From the IMG/VR virus record IMGVR_UViG_3300023174_000033, positions 372,001-436,000 of that record: a stretch of 64,000 nucleotides of DNA; one strand, 5' to 3'. The notes beneath the pieces are model-generated. The model saw only the letters and a program-made list of their open reading frames with translations, did no database searches and was not told the DNA's origin. The position numbers and the translations under genes were made by a program. The first letter of the stretch is position 1. Each line of letters opens with the position of its first letter. Positions 59,273 through 64,000 of the stretch are shown here, one piece after another.

Positions 59273-59508
59273 TCTAATATTTTTTCTATTTGTTTTTCTC
59301 TGAATTCTATTATATCAATAAAGTATTCGTCAAATGTTATTTTACCAATAGAAAATCTATGTCTGCCAGTATTCACATCATATAGTTCAACTTTTACAGG
59401 TGGTCCAAATCCTTCATTACCATCATAGTTTAGGAAATAAGTAAAAGTATCTCCCTTTTCTACTGGTGTTTCTTTCATTGGTGATTTAATGCAAATACAT
59501 TTATTCAT
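59269..59508 (-). CDS. Array gene 14
   Basis: CICIK..KGDTF..REKQIEKIL. Confidence 0.72.
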   Translation of the reverse strand: MNKCICIKSPMKETPVEKGDTFTYFLNYDGNEGFGPPVKVELYDVNTGRHRFSIGKITFDEYFIDIIEFREKQIEKILE

Positions 59509-59735
59509 TTTAATATTTCATCTAATTGTTGTTGTCTCCATTTAGTTACTTCTACCATCTTAAACCTATCAGTATTAAGCATCCATTCACTAAATTGTTT
59601 TACTTTTAATTTATCATTTTTGGAAAAATAATTACCACTAACAAAAAGAACATTATATATTTTACCAGGTGTGAAATAGTGACACCTTGAATATTCATAT
59701 GGGTCGTTTTTAATACAGATATATTTTAGGTTCAT
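59505..59735 (-). CDS. Array gene 13
   Basis: YICIK..FTPGKIYNV..RQQQLDEIL. Confidence 0.72.
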   Translation of the reverse strand: MNLKYICIKNDPYEYSRCHYFTPGKIYNVLFVSGNYFSKNDKLKVKQFSEWMLNTDRFKMVEVTKWRQQQLDEILK

Positions 59736-59977
59736 TTTAATAGTTCATCTATTTGTTTTTCTCTGTATTCTTCTATAAAATCAAAATCTTCTATTGGCCA
59801 ATAGGAAAACTGGTCTCTATCATCTTCAACAATATAAGACATAATAACTTTATCTTTACCCGCTAAATAAATGTATTGACCTGAACCATATAAAGGTAGT
59901 GCTTCATATATTTTTCCATAAGTCAATCTTTCCCAGAAAGGTTCATTACCTGGTTTTCTTTTATACCTCAACTTCAT
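59732..59977 (-). CDS. Array gene 12
   Basis: LTYGKIYEA..REKQIDELL. Confidence 0.72.
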   Translation of the reverse strand: MKLRYKRKPGNEPFWERLTYGKIYEALPLYGSGQYIYLAGKDKVIMSYIVEDDRDQFSYWPIEDFDFIEEYREKQIDELLK

Positions 59978-60225
59978 TTTAATAGTTCATCTATTTGTTT
60001 TTGTCTAAAATCTTGTATATCCTCAAAATGACTTTTGAAATGTTTTTCTATTAGACCAAAGTCATACATACCATCTTTAACATCATAAAGATGAAAAGTT
60101 ATTTGGCGATTTCCAAGTGTATCACCAATTTTATCTACTTCATACCAGAACTTATCACCCTTTCTAACAGGTGTTCTTTTTCCTAAAAATTTCCTATCTT
60201 TTATACACACACAATAATTTCTCAT
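59974..60225 (-). CDS. Array gene 11
   Basis: CVCIK..KGDKF..RQKQIDELL. Confidence 0.72.
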   Translation of the reverse strand: MRNYCVCIKDRKFLGKRTPVRKGDKFWYEVDKIGDTLGNRQITFHLYDVKDGMYDFGLIEKHFKSHFEDIQDFRQKQIDELLK

Positions 60226-60578
60226 TCTAAAATCTTTTTTATTTTTATTTCTCTAATTGTTTCTTTACTGGCATACCTTTCTATAATAGATTTTTTTGGG
60301 TTGAAAGTCATAGGAGTAACTTGAAAACAAGATGGTTCAGATAGTAATTGGTCTATGGTTTCTTGTCTATATTCGTCAAGTGGTTTGAAATGTTCCAAAA
60401 AAATATCTGATGGAAGTCCAAGTATATAACGCAACCCACTCACATGGTGGTCTGATTTTTGATAAAGGTTCCATTGTAGTTCTTTTTTCATAGGTGGTAA
60501 AACCAAAAAAACATCACCTATTTTTGGTTTATGTTGAGTATAATACTGCCTATTTTTTATACAAATGTATTGTGTCAT
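60222..60578 (-). CDS. Array gene 10 (two C-tags)
   Basis: YICIK..RQETIDQLL..REIKIKKIL. Confidence 0.72.
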   Translation of the reverse strand: MTQYICIKNRQYYTQHKPKIGDVFLVLPPMKKELQWNLYQKSDHHVSGLRYILGLPSDIFLEHFKPLDEYRQETIDQLLSEPSCFQVTPMTFNPKKSIIERYASKETIREIKIKKILE

Positions 60579-60805
60579 TCTAAAAACTTTTCTATTTGTT
60601 CTTGTCTAAATTCATCAATCAATTTGAAATAATATTCTGGTACTACAATTGGGTGTCCTGTATCCGCAGTGACACCATATTGACTATCAAAATGAAAACT
60701 CCCATAATGTTTAACTTCATAAACCTTTCCAATAGTTAGTATTGCATTTCTACCATTTTTTTGTGGAGTATCCCAGTTTTTATTTCTTATACAAATTGCT
60801 TTCAT
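60575..60805 (-). CDS. Array gene 9
   Basis: AICIR..LTIGKVYEV..RQEQIEKFL. Confidence 0.72.
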   Translation of the reverse strand: MKAICIRNKNWDTPQKNGRNAILTIGKVYEVKHYGSFHFDSQYGVTADTGHPIVVPEYYFKLIDEFRQEQIEKFLE

Positions 60806-61005
60806 TTAAGTAACTCTTCTAATCTTATATTTCTCAATTCTGTAAGTGGTGTGAACATTTTTTCAATATAATGTTCTTTGGCTCCACCATCATCAACAAT
60901 ATAAATCCATACTACACTATTCCTATGGACTTCATAAATCTTACCTGGTGTGATATTAAATTGGATACCATTGGGTGTGATATTGGTTTTACAAACTACT
61001 TTCAT
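60802..61005 (-). CDS. Array gene 8
   Basis: VVCK..ITPGKIYEV..RNIRLEELL. Confidence 0.72.
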   Translation of the reverse strand: MKVVCKTNITPNGIQFNITPGKIYEVHRNSVVWIYIVDDGGAKEHYIEKMFTPLTELRNIRLEELLK

Positions 61006-61217
61006 TTTCCTAAAATATCATCAATGTTTTTATCCCTTTTATCAGCCTCATAGTTTTCCATAAAGTATTTTATCTGCTCTACTATATTCTTATCATTTTT
61101 TTCATTATTTTTAATCCTATCTTGTAGAGCAAAAAGTAAGGAATGTATTTGCTCCTTGAAATCTTCTTTTACAAAGAGTTTTTCCAACTTTTCTCTGAAT
61201 TCTGGGTCCAAGTTCAT
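61002..61217 (-). CDS. Array gene 7: helical unrelated body with C-tag
   Basis: ..RDKNIDDIL. Confidence 0.7.
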   Translation of the reverse strand: MNLDPEFREKLEKLFVKEDFKEQIHSLLFALQDRIKNNEKNDKNIVEQIKYFMENYEADKRDKNIDDILGK

Positions 61218-61444
61218 TTTAGTAGTTCTTCTAGTTTTTCTAATCTAACTTCATCAAGGGGTTTAAACCTACCTCTTCTTAAAGCAACCTCAATCCCATC
61301 ATTACCTATTATATAATATACACCATTATCATTAAATGTTGAATTCAGCCTATCTGTAACTTGGTAGATTTTACCAGAAGTCACAAAATCCATACCCAAT
61401 GCCTCATTAGTAACACCAGTATCATCTATACACACAACTTTCAT
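61214..61444 (-). CDS. Array gene 6
   Basis: VVCID..VTSGKIYQV..RLEKLEELL. Confidence 0.72.
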   Translation of the reverse strand: MKVVCIDDTGVTNEALGMDFVTSGKIYQVTDRLNSTFNDNGVYYIIGNDGIEVALRRGRFKPLDEVRLEKLEELLK

Positions 61445-61650
61445 TTTATTAATTGATTTATCTTATCTTGTCTTATTGATTGGAGTGGTTTAAACATATA
61501 TTCTGTATATTCACTATATTTGATTTTATATCCTTTATCATCTATGATATATTTAGCAAAGAAATAGTCATGAGGTGCTGTTATTACTTCATAGATTTTA
61601 CCTTCAGTAAAATTAAATATTTTGGTATTTATATTACAAACTATTTTCAT
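61441..61650 (-). CDS. Array gene 5
   Basis: IVCN..FTEGKIYEV..RQDKINQLI. Confidence 0.72.
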   Translation of the reverse strand: MKIVCNINTKIFNFTEGKIYEVITAPHDYFFAKYIIDDKGYKIKYSEYTEYMFKPLQSIRQDKINQLIK

Positions 61651-61874
61651 TTTAATAATTCGTCTAACTTTTCTTGTCTATATTGTTCTAACTCAATAAA
61701 TCTCCTTTTTGATAAAATCACTATTTTTCCACTATCATCATACAACTTATATGATTGTTCAGAACCATCATCAATTAACTCATATACTCTACCCAAAGTT
61801 AAAAAGATTTCTATTTTATCTGGGTTTTTACCCATCTTAGGAAAGGGATAATCATCTATACATACTACTTTCAT
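61647..61874 (-). CDS. Array gene 4
   Basis: MKVVCID at 61874..LTLGRVYEL..RQEKLDELL. Confidence 0.72.
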   Translation of the reverse strand: MKVVCIDDYPFPKMGKNPDKIEIFLTLGRVYELIDDGSEQSYKLYDDSGKIVILSKRRFIELEQYRQEKLDELLK

Positions 61875-62086
61875 AACAAAGTTTTTTCTAATTGCATTTC
61901 TCTCCATTCATCCAAAGATACAAATGATTTTGGACTTGTATAAATTGTTTCTCCAATATCATTTGTTATTTTCATAGCCAGTTTATCCTTGTTGGATTTC
62001 CAAATAGGGTTCCAAGAGTCAAGTGCTTCATATTGTTTCCCATATGTAAGATTGGGACAATTTTCTTTGATAAAAATAACTTTCAT
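61871..62086 (-). CDS. Array gene 3
   Basis: LTYGKQYEA..REMQLEKTL. Confidence 0.72.
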   Translation of the reverse strand: MKVIFIKENCPNLTYGKQYEALDSWNPIWKSNKDKLAMKITNDIGETIYTSPKSFVSLDEWREMQLEKTLL

Positions 62087-62325
62087 TTTAATAATTCGTC
62101 TAACTTTTCTAATCTAACTTCATCAAGTGGTTTGAACCTGTCCATCCTTAGTGATACTTCTTTACCATTATCACTGATAATATTTACCATATGAATACCT
62201 GATGGTTTATGTATACCACCTTTATTTGGATGGGAAATCATTTCATATACTTTTCCCTCTGTAATATGTTCATGTGGGGAAACCCCACCTTCTCTGATTT
62301 TATTGTTTATACAAACTAGTTTCAT
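62083..62325 (-). CDS. Array gene 2
   Basis: LVCIN..ITEGKVYEM..RLEKLDELL. Confidence 0.72.
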   Translation of the reverse strand: MKLVCINNKIREGGVSPHEHITEGKVYEMISHPNKGGIHKPSGIHMVNIISDNGKEVSLRMDRFKPLDEVRLEKLDELLK

Positions 62326-62648
62326 AGGATTTCTTCTATTTTTTTATTCCTAACTTCTTGGATGTTTTCACTATCAACCCATTTATTAAAATCTTCAACT
62401 GCGTTTTCTGAAGCATGTTGGTGGTAATACTCTTGATGTTTCACAAGTGATGGGTCAAGAGTTCCACCTTTCCCATCTGAATATGGAATAGGAACTGGAC
62501 TTACTTTATCTTGGATAAGACCAGGATAATGTTTTGTATATCCACAAGGTTTGCAAATAAAACGAATGCATCTATCATAAGAATCGTCTTTGATTTTTCC
62601 ACCACATTTTGGGCAAGGTTTTAAGTATTGTTCGCTATAACTTCCCAT
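62322..62648 (-). CDS. Array gene 1: zinc-ribbon protein with C-tag
   Basis: PCPKCGG..CKPCG..RNKKIEEIL; TATTTTTG at 62653-62660 upstream. Confidence 0.72.
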   Translation of the reverse strand: MGSYSEQYLKPCPKCGGKIKDDSYDRCIRFICKPCGYTKHYPGLIQDKVSPVPIPYSDGKGGTLDPSLVKHQEYYHQHASENAVEDFNKWVDSENIQEVRNKKIEEIL

Positions 62649-62671
62649 ACCACAAAAATAATATATAATCT

Positions 62672-63043
62672 ATGAAATACCTAAAAATATTTGAAAGTTT
62701 TAATCAAGGGAAATATTATTGGCCAATAACTGCAACTGAGTTCAATAAGTATGTAGAAACATTTGAATTTACAGAACAAGAAATTGAAGCAATAAAAAGT
62801 ATCTGTGATAAAAGATTTACTGAAATGGATTTTGAATTTTATACAAGCTGGGATATACCACCAACTGGTTCAATAAATTTGGAGACAAATACAGGTGGTC
62901 AAAACTTATATACTATAAGAACAAGAATAGACAAAGAAAATGACGAATATTTCGCAGTCGCATATAATATTGATAGGACACCAGAATATTACAAAGCAGA
63001 CCAATTGGAGGGTCTAATAAAACTTTTGGAAGATATCTTATGA
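62672..63043 (+). CDS. N-tag paralog family protein
   Basis: MKYLKIFESF; NDEYFAV; YYKADQLEG; TAATATATA at 62659. Confidence 0.78.
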   Translation: MKYLKIFESFNQGKYYWPITATEFNKYVETFEFTEQEIEAIKSICDKRFTEMDFEFYTSWDIPPTGSINLETNTGGQNLYTIRTRIDKENDEYFAVAYNIDRTPEYYKADQLEGLIKLLEDIL

Positions 63044-63486
63044 AATACCTAAAAATATTTGAAGAGTTTTCTGATTTCTATAAAAAAATACGAAATGACG
63101 ATATCAATCCTAAAAAAATCATTGATATTGATTTAGGTATACAGAATATGATAGAATCAAGATTAAAGCACAAATCTACTTTTTCATATTCCATATACCA
63201 ACCATACATGGGTAGTATGTTGAGAGGAAATCAAAGGAAATTAAAGATTGAAACAGATATAATCGTTACACATGGTTCTCCAGATAAAATGGTAAAACCC
63301 TTAATCAAAAAACACAATACTATGATTGTTGAGATGGAAGATGAGTGGTTTATAGTTTCTAACCAGACAAGATTTGATGGTGGTGGTTCTTGGGCTACTC
63401 CAAAGTCATTGGATATTGAATTATATGAATGTGACCAAGAAGAAGGACTTTTGGAGTTATTAAAGAAATTAGATATAATAAAATGA
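63040..63486 (+). CDS. N-tag paralog family protein
   Basis: MKYLKIFEEF; EDEWFIV; YECDQEEG. Confidence 0.78.
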   Translation: MKYLKIFEEFSDFYKKIRNDDINPKKIIDIDLGIQNMIESRLKHKSTFSYSIYQPYMGSMLRGNQRKLKIETDIIVTHGSPDKMVKPLIKKHNTMIVEMEDEWFIVSNQTRFDGGGSWATPKSLDIELYECDQEEGLLELLKKLDIIK

Positions 63487-63917
63487 AATACCTAAAAATA
63501 TTTGAAGGTAGTGAAAGTTTTTTTGGAACCTCCAACTATGGTGATTTTGAAATAAATAAACCCGCCCATAAAGTCATATTCAATATGTTCATATGTGATT
63601 ATGAATCACCAAATTGGAAAGAAAATGTTGAAATCCTAAAAGGTATAAACTTCCCAACAAGTATAGAAAAATCAAAAGGTTATCATAAAGGTTTATCTAT
63701 TCAAGTTTTACTTGATATGGACATCCAATCAGCAAAAGAGTTCTCTGATGAAATCGTCAATATGTTTTTAGATAAACCACTTATCGTTATTGCTGAGGTA
63801 GATGTAATAATGAAAAAACAACCAATAGGTTATTACTTTGATAAAGACCTATGGGAACCTGGTAGATATTTTGATAAACTAATTGAAAGTGGTGAAAAAG
63901 GAGTATTTATACATTAA
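63483..63917 (+). CDS. N-tagged protein with an unrelated body
   Basis: MKYLKIFEGS. Confidence 0.75.
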   Translation: MKYLKIFEGSESFFGTSNYGDFEINKPAHKVIFNMFICDYESPNWKENVEILKGINFPTSIEKSKGYHKGLSIQVLLDMDIQSAKEFSDEIVNMFLDKPLIVIAEVDVIMKKQPIGYYFDKDLWEPGRYFDKLIESGEKGVFIH

Positions 63918-64000
63918 TTCTATCAATAATTTTTGGTCTTAGAAATGTTTTGATGCTTTTTTCATTTTGTTCTAATATATTTGGTATTGCTGCCATTGAA
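63907..64000 (-). CDS. 3' end of a gene that starts beyond the window
   Basis: ..SMAAIPNILEQNEKSIKTFLRPKIIDRINV*. Confidence 0.45.
   Translation of the reverse strand, partial: SMAAIPNILEQNEKSIKTFLRPKIIDRINV

Overview
AT-rich, gene-dense 64-kb segment of a large tailed phage with a T4-like neck gene. It is most likely a jumbo phage of a Bacteroidota host. Host evidence: TAnnTTTG promoter elements, leaders without Shine-Dalgarno sites, and a T9SS-sorted protein. Recognisable content: two collagen-like fibre loci (one broken by a single GGA>TGA change), nrdB, thyA, purA, a GMP reductase split by a trans-splicing intein with a 41-codon homing-endonuclease remnant between the halves, dnaJ, grpE, infC, two GT25 glycosyltransferases, two flavodoxin-fold proteins, a secreted M12B-type protease, a YkuD-like wall enzyme, an orphan DNA methyltransferase, and two tRNAs (anticodons UAU and CAU). 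There are also two candidate structured ncRNAs, each with its own promoter and terminator. The most striking unexplained pattern is two short peptide tags on otherwise unrelated proteins. An N-terminal MKYLKxFE tag (about 15 proteins) is on genes largely behind a TAATATATA motif that also precedes virion genes. A C-terminal RxxKIxxIL tag (23 proteins) is on genes largely behind host-type promoters, including a 17-gene translationally coupled array. All family assignments come from motif recognition by eye; no searches were run.
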